Shown piece after piece: positions 9,242-15,725 of a stretch of 24,060 nucleotides of DNA. The notes beneath the pieces were generated by a model that worked only from the letters and a program-made list of their open reading frames with translations, did not search any database and was not told where the DNA came from. Position 1 is the first letter of the stretch. Every line of letters begins with the position of its first letter. The translations under genes were made by a program, and so were the position numbers. The stretch comes from a virus, in the IMG/VR virus record IMGVR_UViG_3300033074_001684, positions 1 through 24,060 of that record; one strand, given 5' to 3'.

Positions 9242-9409
9242 ATGGCAGAAGCATGGACTGAGTGGCACGAACAAGAAGCCGCAAAAATGCGGGAGCGGTG
9301 CAGAATCCGCTTTGGAAAAGAATGGGTTGGCGCACGTTTGTCCCTATACGGTCAACATGGTTCCGATCCACCCAGAGTTTCGTTTACAAATTGGACAGAA
9401 AATGTATGA
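9242..9409 (+). CDS. hypothetical 55-aa protein
   Basis: Fills the gap between yidD and the lipoprotein gene. Its TGA stop overlaps the lipoprotein ATG as ATGA (9406-9409). No SD. Confidence 0.35.
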   Translation: MAEAWTEWHEQEAAKMRERCRIRFGKEWVGARLSLYGQHGSDPPRVSFTNWTENV

Positions 9410-9831
9410 TAAATAAATTCGTAATCATTGCGTTCGCTGTAATTTCCTTTGCCGGATGCAGCACCAGAAAATCAATCATACCCAAAATGAGTACGCCAGT
9501 ACCAAAAGCGGGTACAGCAACTCCGGTGGGTGTAGTCGTTCGTATGAGCGACGGAACCGAACAAGTTTATCCACTTGGCATATGGATCATGTTCCAAAAC
9601 GGCCAGCTTCGTGGTGCTATGCCCACACAGTATGTAAACCAACCAGCAACTCTTCAAACGAATGGAACCTGGACGTACACCCGGCCCGGAAGAAACGTGC
9701 AAGTTTGGAGAAATGGCGTTCTTCAGAAACTCAATGAAGACTACACCTTAAACCAAGCTGCCGCTACCATTACGCCTATTGGAGAGCCGTGGAATTCTAT
9801 TGATACTGTTCAGGTAGCATACCTTTACTAA
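9406..9831 (+). CDS. putative lipoprotein (141 aa)
   Basis: Internal ATG of ORF 9262..9831. The N-terminus MINKFVIIAFAVISFAGCSTRK is a signal peptide with lipobox FAGC. The upstream part of the ORF looks non-coding. Confidence 0.65.
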   Translation: MINKFVIIAFAVISFAGCSTRKSIIPKMSTPVPKAGTATPVGVVVRMSDGTEQVYPLGIWIMFQNGQLRGAMPTQYVNQPATLQTNGTWTYTRPGRNVQVWRNGVLQKLNEDYTLNQAAATITPIGEPWNSIDTVQVAYLY

Positions 9832-9847
9832 TTTTTGGATGTACCTA

Positions 9848-9876
9848 TTGACTTTTTGTGCTGAATTTGCTATTCT
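9848..9876 (+). promoter_or_regulatory. sigma70-type promoter TTGACT-N17-TGcTATTCT; -10 ends 6 nt before the ATG at 9883
   Basis: CCTATTGACTTTTT...TGCTATTCTcaaaccATG. Near-identical copy at 10785-10826. Confidence 0.65.
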
Positions 9877-9882
9877 CAAACC

Positions 9883-10059
9883 ATGACACCTTTTAACAGC
9901 ATGATCGAAGCACGTGACTATTTCTGGATGGAGTTTTGCCGCCAGGGTGGTGGAAAACCTGTTGCGAAGTCTTGTCTTGTGCGTTTCAAGGGGGGCGTTC
10001 GCCAAGTGACGTTCATGCCCGGAATGGTTGCGTATGGCAGCTTTGTCGGAGTCGATTAA
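9883..10059 (+). CDS. hypothetical 58-aa protein (leaderless start)
   Basis: ATG 6 nt downstream of the -10 hexamer. The stop overlaps the ATG of a possible 32-aa ORF (10059..10157, MARKSDQSKDPIDRAVNQMLRALSKLFRNKHY) as TAATG. Confidence 0.4.
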   Translation: MTPFNSMIEARDYFWMEFCRQGGGKPVAKSCLVRFKGGVRQVTFMPGMVAYGSFVGVD

Positions 10060-10183
10060 TGGCACGAAAATCAGATCAATCGAAAGACCCGATTGATCGG
10101 GCAGTGAATCAAATGCTTCGTGCTCTTTCCAAACTCTTTCGCAACAAACATTACTAACGGAACAATCAAACCGTAAGGATATC

Positions 10184-10366
10184 ATGTTCAAACGAATTTT
10201 TACCGCATTCCGTGAACTATACGATTTCGATCTGATGTTCACTCCTATCGGCACTAGTCGTGTGTACTATTGCAAAGGTCCAAGTACTGGAATTGGCTAC
10301 ACATATGTCCGTGTGTTTGGAATCATGGTTATGAAATTCCAGTCCACCAAGCCGTGGTTAACATGA
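10184..10366 (+). CDS. hypothetical 60-aa protein
   Basis: AAGGA SD 6 nt upstream of the ATG. The stop overlaps the next ATG as ATGA. Confidence 0.5.
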   Translation: MFKRIFTAFRELYDFDLMFTPIGTSRVYYCKGPSTGIGYTYVRVFGIMVMKFQSTKPWLT

Positions 10367-10608
10367 TTTACACATACGACACAATCTGGACGCCGGAACT
10401 ACGAAACGGAAATTTTCACATCCCATTGGTTCCGGTTCATTTAAAAGTAGGTACACACGCATCATCTGTGTGGTTAGTTCGCAAAGCTGATTTAGGAAAT
10501 CTTCAGGTGGGCGGATTGCTCAAAATCTTCAGCGAACGCAATGCTCACCCGGTTCACATTGAAATCACAGAGCTTCGTGGCAATCTTTGGTTCGCCACAA
10601 GAATTTGA
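10363..10608 (+). CDS. hypothetical 81-aa protein
   Basis: Internal ATG of ORF 10270..10608, coupled via ATGA to the upstream gene. Confidence 0.5.
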   Translation: MIYTYDTIWTPELRNGNFHIPLVPVHLKVGTHASSVWLVRKADLGNLQVGGLLKIFSERNAHPVHIEITELRGNLWFATRI

Positions 10609-10614
10609 GGAAAC

Positions 10615-10779
10615 ATGGAATCCCCAATCGTAACCGACAAACACGTGTGGCTGAAAATCTACAACACAGTCATGGCCGAAATTCTGCGCCACGGAAAGCT
10701 CTCTGTCATGGAAGCAGCCTTCAGAGCACAAACCGCCGCACACGAAGCTGTCAAACACTTCCGTAACGAAACTTTTTAG
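10615..10779 (+). CDS. hypothetical 54-aa helical protein
   Basis: GAGGA SD 5 nt upstream of the ATG. Below the 60-aa track cutoff. Confidence 0.5.
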   Translation: MESPIVTDKHVWLKIYNTVMAEILRHGKLSVMEAAFRAQTAAHEAVKHFRNETF

Positions 10780-10788
10780 ATACACCTA

Positions 10789-10817
10789 TTGACTTTTTCA
10801 TCCTGGTGTGCTATTGT
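10789..10817 (+). promoter_or_regulatory. sigma70-type promoter TTGACT-N17-TGcTATTGT; -10 ends 6 nt before the ATG at 10824
   Basis: CCTATTGACTTTTT...TGCTATTGTaaaaccATG, a paralog of the 9848 promoter. Confidence 0.65.
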
Positions 10818-10823
10818 AAAACC

Positions 10824-11438
10824 ATGATCGCACCGAACAACAACATGACGCCGAAGCAGATCGATTGGGTTGCCCGGATGAGGGCCAATCTGGAATCCCT
10901 GCACTGCCAGTGGTACGGTTGGGATTATGAAGGTCACCCGATGGGTGGACGTGGCAATGCAAACATGAATTCTGAAGTGTTTGCGGAGACGGATCGCAAA
11001 ATCCGTGAGGCAGCGTTCCGGTTGGGCATCACGGTGGAGAACGCCGGGGATCTGGCCGAACTGAACGAAGGATGGGATGGCGAAATGAACGGCGATCTGG
11101 TTGTCCTGGGCAATGCTCTGGATGCCATCGTTCGCAAGGCAAACGCAAAGAACGAAGAAAAAAACCAAGCGGCTCCAGTATCAGAATCCGCAATGGACGG
11201 CACGTCGGGATTACTAACAATGATGACACCACTTCCAATTCCCGCAAATCCCGGTTTCTACAGCGAATTGCTGGCAATTTCCAGCGGCACCCTGTCGGCG
11301 CTTTCCGGTATGTCGTCCTACGCCGAACTGGACGAACTTCACACGGCACTTCTGGTCTTCTACCTTCACAACCAGGACAAACCCTACGAAACCTGGATGG
11401 ACGTTTGGAACGCTTTCCAAACGGCATCGGTGAACTGA
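10824..11438 (+). CDS. hypothetical 204-aa protein (GC-rich island)
   Basis: Longest ORF in its region. Leaderless ATG after the promoter. Many overlapping ORFs in other frames reflect high GC content. Confidence 0.6.
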   Translation: MIAPNNNMTPKQIDWVARMRANLESLHCQWYGWDYEGHPMGGRGNANMNSEVFAETDRKIREAAFRLGITVENAGDLAELNEGWDGEMNGDLVVLGNALDAIVRKANAKNEEKNQAAPVSESAMDGTSGLLTMMTPLPIPANPGFYSELLAISSGTLSALSGMSSYAELDELHTALLVFYLHNQDKPYETWMDVWNAFQTASVN

Positions 11439-11759
11439 ATGCGGGTCTTTCCTCTTTGGGGTTTCAGCAACGGGCAATACGACATTTTCACCCGTGGAGA
11501 AACCCAAGAACAGGCATGGGAACACGTCAAAGACGGCCCGTGGGAACGAGGGCATACTGTGTTTCCTCTGAATACCCTTCCCATTACTGCTGCCAAGTTA
11601 TACGATCAAAACCATGCTCCTGGCTGGCTTTACCGTCCCATGTATTGGCTCCAGAAAAAAGAAGAACGAGAACGATTCGCCAATGCACCAAAAACCCTTG
11701 ACGAAGCCATCGCCGGGGTTGTTGCGCATTTGCGGAAAAAACACGGAATCGGAGTATGA
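11439..11759 (+). CDS. hypothetical 106-aa protein
   Basis: ATG immediately follows the stop of the upstream gene (TGAATG). Confidence 0.55.
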   Translation: MRVFPLWGFSNGQYDIFTRGETQEQAWEHVKDGPWERGHTVFPLNTLPITAAKLYDQNHAPGWLYRPMYWLQKKEERERFANAPKTLDEAIAGVVAHLRKKHGIGV

Positions 11760-11870
11760 TTGTTTTCAACACTTTCAGTGAAGGGCTGCTGTGGGCGGAA
11801 AAGAACGCTAACGGAACCTGCATTTTCAAATTCAAAGGGATGATTTTCCCTCTTGGGGATACATTGTAAT

Positions 11871-12104
11871 ATGATCGCAACACTCCATCGTGAATGGGAA
11901 CTTCACACCTGGAAAGAAGACGGCACAACTGGCAACGACGTGTATGTTGGACCGGGGACCGTCGAACTCGAACGAATCCCTAATCCATTGGGGTACAAAG
12001 GATTTTGGCTCATCATCAAGGGAACCAATGTTGGCATGGCAGAAGGCGCATGGCGGCAATGGGAAGACTTTACTGATGAGTGGCAAATCCAGATCACCGA
12101 ATAA
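11871..12104 (+). CDS. hypothetical 77-aa protein
   Basis: First ATG in ORF 11853..12104 (the track start is TTG). GGGGA 10 nt upstream. Confidence 0.45.
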   Translation: MIATLHREWELHTWKEDGTTGNDVYVGPGTVELERIPNPLGYKGFWLIIKGTNVGMAEGAWRQWEDFTDEWQIQITE

Positions 12105-12119
12105 TTTTCTCGAATCCTA

Positions 12120-12149
12120 TTGACAATTCGGTTCGTACTGTGGTAGTGT
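12120..12149 (+). promoter_or_regulatory. sigma70-type promoter TTGACA-N18-TGgTAGTGT; -10 ends 6 nt before the ATG at 12156
   Basis: CCTATTGACA shares the CCTATTGAC core with the other promoters. The hexamer-to-ATG spacing of 6 nt is conserved. Confidence 0.5.
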
Positions 12150-12155
12150 ATAAAC

Positions 12156-12608
12156 ATGACGAACGAAATCGAGCTTCTGGCAAAGGTAAGCGCTGAAGAG
12201 GTTTATGGCCCGGACATGGACGCTATGCTCCGTGAAATGGCCGATTCCGATTGGCACGTCGAATTTCCTTCCGATATCGTGGTCGTCGGACACGATGGCG
12301 AATACGCCGACATGAGCAATCCGACTGGTGCTCTCTACGGAGAACGCTTCTATATCCGTGCCGAAGACGAAGCGGGTCATCGCCGGGTTTGGGGTGGATT
12401 GTACGAGACGGCAGAACTAGCCGAAGCTGCTTACCTGATGTTTGCCCCTCCGGTTGAGTTTTGGGAAGAAACCAGCCCGTGCTACGGCTCCGAAGCCTGG
12501 AGCAGCGAGAACGAAGCCGAACTCCGGGAATGGGAAGCCGACATTGCCGAAGGAAACAGTGTGTACAGCGACGACTTTGTGGTTGGAATCGGCCCGGAGA
12601 TGGTCTGA
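12156..12608 (+). CDS. highly acidic 150-aa protein (possible DNA-mimic or anti-defence type; product unknown)
   Basis: ORF with ~30% D+E (EDEAGHRR..EWEADIAEGNSVYSDDF). Leaderless ATG after the promoter. Confidence 0.6.
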   Translation: MTNEIELLAKVSAEEVYGPDMDAMLREMADSDWHVEFPSDIVVVGHDGEYADMSNPTGALYGERFYIRAEDEAGHRRVWGGLYETAELAEAAYLMFAPPVEFWEETSPCYGSEAWSSENEAELREWEADIAEGNSVYSDDFVVGIGPEMV

Positions 12609-12732
12609 CGGCATCACCTATAAAATCACCGAAGCCGAACTGAAAAATGCAAAAATGGCAGGAACAGGCGCACCGCTTCACTTCGACAAACCTTCGACAA
12701 ACCTGTTGTCATCGAACCTTAGGATGGAAATT

Positions 12733-13005
12733 ATGAAGCTGTCAACCGCCGAACAAGAAGCTCTTGAACTGCTGAAACGGCATGGTGGCTGCATTTCATC
12801 TGGCACGGTTTCGGATCGCACAGAACCAGACGTATTCGGAAACATAGTTCCTGGAATCAAAATTTTCAAATCTCTCGAAAAAAAGGGTCTGATCTTCTTC
12901 ACAGAAGAAGAACCAATCGTCCTGGAAGACGGGACAAAAATCGACCTCACACCGCTGATTTATTTGGAGGAAGAAAATGCAGACAACCACACAACGAATC
13001 GCTGA
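12733..13005 (+). CDS. hypothetical 90-aa protein; start uncertain (alternatives 12724, 12655)
   Basis: AGGA 8 nt upstream of ATG 12733. The upstream part of ORF 12442..13005 overlaps the previous gene out of frame. Confidence 0.45.
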   Translation: MKLSTAEQEALELLKRHGGCISSGTVSDRTEPDVFGNIVPGIKIFKSLEKKGLIFFTEEEPIVLEDGTKIDLTPLIYLEEENADNHTTNR

Positions 13006-13207
13006 AAGATCTCACATGCGTGGGTGGGGAGCCTACCAGAAGGAAAAGGACTTCGCCTATGACACCATCTGTGCGCTTGCGGAACTGTACAAACCCATGA
13101 ACTGGCTCTGCATCATGGACTTCATCCGCATCGCTGTGGCTGATGGAATTCTTTCCGAAGCGGAAGCCAACCTCACCGCTTCTTACGCCCTGTCAGTTTG
13201 CATATGA
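12977..13207 (+). CDS. hypothetical 76-aa protein
   Basis: Strong SD GGAGGAAG 4 nt upstream of the ATG. The stop overlaps the next ATG as ATGA. Confidence 0.6.
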   Translation: MQTTTQRIAERSHMRGWGAYQKEKDFAYDTICALAELYKPMNWLCIMDFIRIAVADGILSEAEANLTASYALSVCI

Positions 13208-13419
13208 TCCAGTACGTCACAACCATCGAAAACCTCTTCATCAGCGTCATGGTCGATGGTCGCTATCGGGCGCAGATTCGCCGCTTGTCATCTTTCGGTG
13301 GAAACACTCACAAATGGTATTTGTTTGTCAACGGCCACGAAATTCAGTACGTTAACAGAAAAAAGGTGGCGGGAAATCTCAGACACGTCAAACAGTGTGT
13401 GGAAAATTATTTCAAGTGA
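13204..13419 (+). CDS. hypothetical 71-aa protein
   Basis: ATG at 13204 (the track start 13198 is TTG). ATGA-coupled to the upstream gene. Confidence 0.5.
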   Translation: MIQYVTTIENLFISVMVDGRYRAQIRRLSSFGGNTHKWYLFVNGHEIQYVNRKKVAGNLRHVKQCVENYFK

Positions 13420-13496
13420 GTGGCGGCACCGGGTCTAGGGTTTCCCTTGCGATACGGCGCTCTTATCTCCCCCTTTCGTGACCACTCTAAACAGCG

Positions 13497-13534
13497 GCAG
13501 GGATTCCCGATTCTCCACCCTGCACTTTTCGTTT
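13497..13534 (+). terminator. candidate intrinsic terminator closing the plus-strand cluster
   Basis: GCAGGG (13497-13502) pairs with CCCTGC (13518-13523) across a 15-nt loop, followed by ACTTTTCGTTT. Confidence 0.35.
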
Positions 13535-13659
13535 GGGAGATTTTACCTCCACCAGCCAGCCCATTTGTCGAGGACTTCGGCATTCAGCTACGAACGTGCT
13601 AATTTGTTTATCGTATCTGCCCGGTTTCCCGGACTTCTTTACACCACGCTGTCTAAAAT

Positions 13660-13733
13660 TGGAGCGGGCACCGGGACTCGAACCCGGCTCTCAGGACTGG
13701 CAGTCCTGGGCACAACCGCTATACCATACCCGC
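13660..13733 (-). tRNA. tRNA-Gly(GCC)
   Basis: Reverse complement GCGGGTA...CAGGA CTGCCAG TCCTG...CCGGG TTCGAGT CCCGG TGCCCGC T CCA. The cloverleaf has a 7-bp acceptor stem and anticodon GCC. CCA is encoded. Confidence 0.85.
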
Positions 13734-13755
13734 AAAGGAAATGTGTGTAAGAAAT

Positions 13756-13829
13756 TGGAGCGGGACACGGGACTCGAACCCGTATCTCTAGCTTGGAAGG
13801 CTAGGGCACAGCCCTTATACCAGCCCCGC
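13756..13829 (-). tRNA. tRNA-Gly(UCC)
   Basis: Reverse complement GCGGGGC...CTAGC CTTCCAA GCTAG...ACGGG TTCGAGT CCCGT GTCCCGC T CCA. Anticodon TCC. Confidence 0.85.
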
Positions 13830-13850
13830 TTGAACTTGTATTTATACGAA

Positions 13851-14171
13851 CTACCGAACGATCTGAGTACCGATCAGTGCCGCATTCCACAAAACGATAA
13901 GAGTGAACAACCGATTCACAAAGTTCCATTTCTTATCCGTATTTGCAGAGGGTCGAACCACAAAGAAGCCCAAAATAACCGAAACGGTCAAGAGCTTCCC
14001 AAAAATCAACCCGGCCACCGGACCCATCGAGGGAAAGAATTGACTAATAGCAGGATTCGCTTCCGAAAGGCCAACCGAAAATCCGATTAGCGTCGAAACA
14101 ACGTCTGCCACCTGGAGTGCTGCAAATCTCCAGTGGTTCCTGTTCATCTTCGCAATGGAAAGGCTAACCAT
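13851..14171 (-). CDS. membrane protein (~106 aa, multiple TM helices)
   Basis: Internal ATG (14171) of ORF 13851..14255, placed 6 nt after a -10 hexamer of a TTGACA-N17-TGcTACCTT promoter. The protein is hydrophobic (VVSTLIGFSVGL..GLIFGKLLTVSVILGFFVV). Confidence 0.5.
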   Translation of the reverse strand: MVSLSIAKMNRNHWRFAALQVADVVSTLIGFSVGLSEANPAISQFFPSMGPVAGLIFGKLLTVSVILGFFVVRPSANTDKKWNFVNRLFTLIVLWNAALIGTQIVR

Positions 14172-14177
14172 GACTAC

Positions 14178-14206
14178 AAGGTAGCACATCCACCACGATT
14201 TGTCAA
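14178..14206 (-). promoter_or_regulatory. sigma70-type promoter (minus strand) TTGACA-N17-TGcTACCTT, hexamer 6 nt before the ATG
   Basis: Minus-strand ATATTGACAAATCGTGGTGGATGTGCTACCTTGTAGTCATG has the same geometry as the plus-strand promoters. Confidence 0.45.
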
Positions 14207-14399
14207 TATCTTTTACGGATTTCGTTTCCGAACCGCAAAACAAATCCCTCGCCAAAAAGCTCCCCAGATGGCTTTGAAGTTGTGTCCGTAACCCTTTCCA
14301 TTAAAGACGTTTACTCATCGGCACCACAACCCAAACCAAAAGCCAATAGAAAACTCGATACAAAAGCAATCCAAACCCAATATCGAACAATAAATTCCC

Positions 14400-14642
14400 T
14401 TACTCTTCCAGTATACCACTGTTAACAGGTCTTGTCAAACCGTGGATTTTGCTCCGCACTTCCCGGGGAACGTCCATCACAACTTCTTTCCCGTTCATCA
14501 TAGCCCACAACTCAGGAGAGCACGCCAGGACGCCATTACAGCCTGCTAGAGCCTCGTCTTCGGCCTCTGCCATACGACGGAGCCATTCCTCATCCCGATT
14601 GCTTAAAACGCCTCTATTCGCTTCCACACGCACCACCTTCAT
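14400..14642 (-). CDS. hypothetical 80-aa protein (internal start of ORF 14400..14795)
   Basis: Chosen to avoid the 180-nt out-of-frame overlap with ORF 14614..15087. The alternatives are equally possible. Confidence 0.3.
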   Translation of the reverse strand: MKVVRVEANRGVLSNRDEEWLRRMAEAEDEALAGCNGVLACSPELWAMMNGKEVVMDVPREVRSKIHGLTRPVNSGILEE

Positions 14643-15087
14643 TTTCCCAAATATCAGTTCGATCCAAAATTCCCCACGGCAAGTACGGACAGTAGAAAAA
14701 TCCCTGGTCACAAGGATCTCTGCCCAAAGTCCACTCGCTAATGCAATACTGAAAATGTCTGTACGCCTTCTTTTCGTTTTCAGAAAGCTCGTCATACTTC
14801 AATGCTGCCAAAGTAGCGATCATTTCTTCCTGGACTTTATCTGACCAACGAGTGATTCCCTTATAGCCCATCTTGATGGGAGCATTAGGATCTTTCGCAA
14901 ACACTGGATCAATGTAGACCTTAATTTTGCCCAATTCATGATCGACTTTCACTCTGTCGTCTGCCCGTTGCTCAAACCCTAATCCAGTGAATGGAGAAAT
15001 GCCACATGCGCAGCACAATCCTGGTGCCCATTGGCCGGGATCAAGCTCTCCACCACAGTTTGTGCAAACAAGTTCGTTGTTCTTCAC
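14614..15087 (-). CDS. hypothetical 157-aa protein with N-terminal Cys cluster (CTNCGG..CCACG) resembling a zinc ribbon
   Basis: ORF with a GTG start at 15087, 30 nt downstream of the ArfB-like stop. Rich in Cys, Trp and Tyr. Confidence 0.45.
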   Translation of the reverse strand: MKNNELVCTNCGGELDPGQWAPGLCCACGISPFTGLGFEQRADDRVKVDHELGKIKVYIDPVFAKDPNAPIKMGYKGITRWSDKVQEEMIATLAALKYDELSENEKKAYRHFQYCISEWTLGRDPCDQGFFYCPYLPWGILDRTDIWENEGGACGSE

Positions 15088-15116
15088 GATGTAATCTATA
15101 CTCCACCGTTTTCAAG

Positions 15117-15470
15117 TTATTCCACCTTGATAGTTCCGTCTTTCAAACCTTCATCCACCATACGATTCACCCGTTCACGAATCTGTTCTGGTGTTTCTTC
15201 GATTCTCTGCCCCATCCGTTTGGCGCATTCGATCCGATGCCAGTCTTTGAACTTTTTGGTTTCCACAAGACGCCGGAACGCAGCTTCCCGATTTTTGCTG
15301 TTGGTTCGATGTTCCCGCCCTTCACCAACAGCACCGGATGCTCTATGAATCAGGCGCACTCCGCTATTGGACGTGTCCTTGCCACCGCCACCGTTGCCAC
15401 CAACAGTGAACGTTTGAATATCAAAATCTTTCTTTGTGACTGAAAAAAGTAGTTGCCATTGCTTATCCAT
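15117..15470 (-). CDS. ArfB (YaeJ)-like RF-1-domain protein, peptidyl-tRNA hydrolase family, with the catalytic GGQ glutamine missing
   Basis: GGAGGA SD 7 nt upstream of ATG 15470. [28 protein letters not shown] aligns with ArfB [45 protein letters not shown] aligns with YRSQELNREAALARLVA. The GGQ region reads GGNGGGG and contains no Gln. Confidence 0.75.
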   Translation of the reverse strand: [117 protein letters not shown]

Positions 15471-15675
15471 TTTCGTATCCTCCACGCACACACGTATCCC
15501 ATCAGAACGGTTACCGGGCTAGGATGGATAATGGAACAGCATAACGGTATATAGTCACTTGATTGCGCCGCACAGCATACCGACAATGAGTACGAGACAA
15601 ATCAATGCCGTGACCGCAACATTTCGAGCGTTTTCGTTCAGATTCAAATCTAGTCTCATGTCTTCATTATAACAC

Positions 15676-15716
15676 AAAAGCGGGCGACCCCTTTCGGAAG
15701 CCGCCCGTCTGATTTT
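15676..15716. terminator. GC-rich hairpin with flanking T- and A-runs; candidate bidirectional intrinsic terminator just downstream of the MVP gene
   Basis: CGGGCG (15681-15686) and CGCCCG (15702-15707) flank a 15-nt loop. AAAAG precedes it and TCTGATTTT follows on the plus strand. On the minus strand, CTTTTGTGTT follows. Confidence 0.5.
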
Positions 15717-15725
15717 CAAGATTGT

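Noticed and set aside
9068-9409. 113-aa plus ORF overlapping yidD
   Set aside because: Its first half overlaps the well-supported YidD frame. Only its last 55 codons (9242..9409) are retained, as a low-confidence gene.
10776-12681. Numerous overlapping ORFs on both strands, for example 11029..11427(-), 11072..11701(+), 12223..12681(-)
   Set aside because: All lie within the GC-rich island. The Arg/Pro-rich translations are typical of off-frame GC-rich DNA. One coherent same-strand gene series with coupling explains the region.
13533-14090. 185-aa plus-strand ORF
   Set aside because: Spans both tRNA-Gly genes and the antisense of the membrane-protein gene. The translation is tRNA-derived low-complexity sequence.
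15350-15586. Minus ORF 15350..15586 and plus ORFs 14991..15443, 15031..15348
   Set aside because: Overlap the ArfB-like gene, which has homology and a strong SD. These are alternative-frame artefacts.
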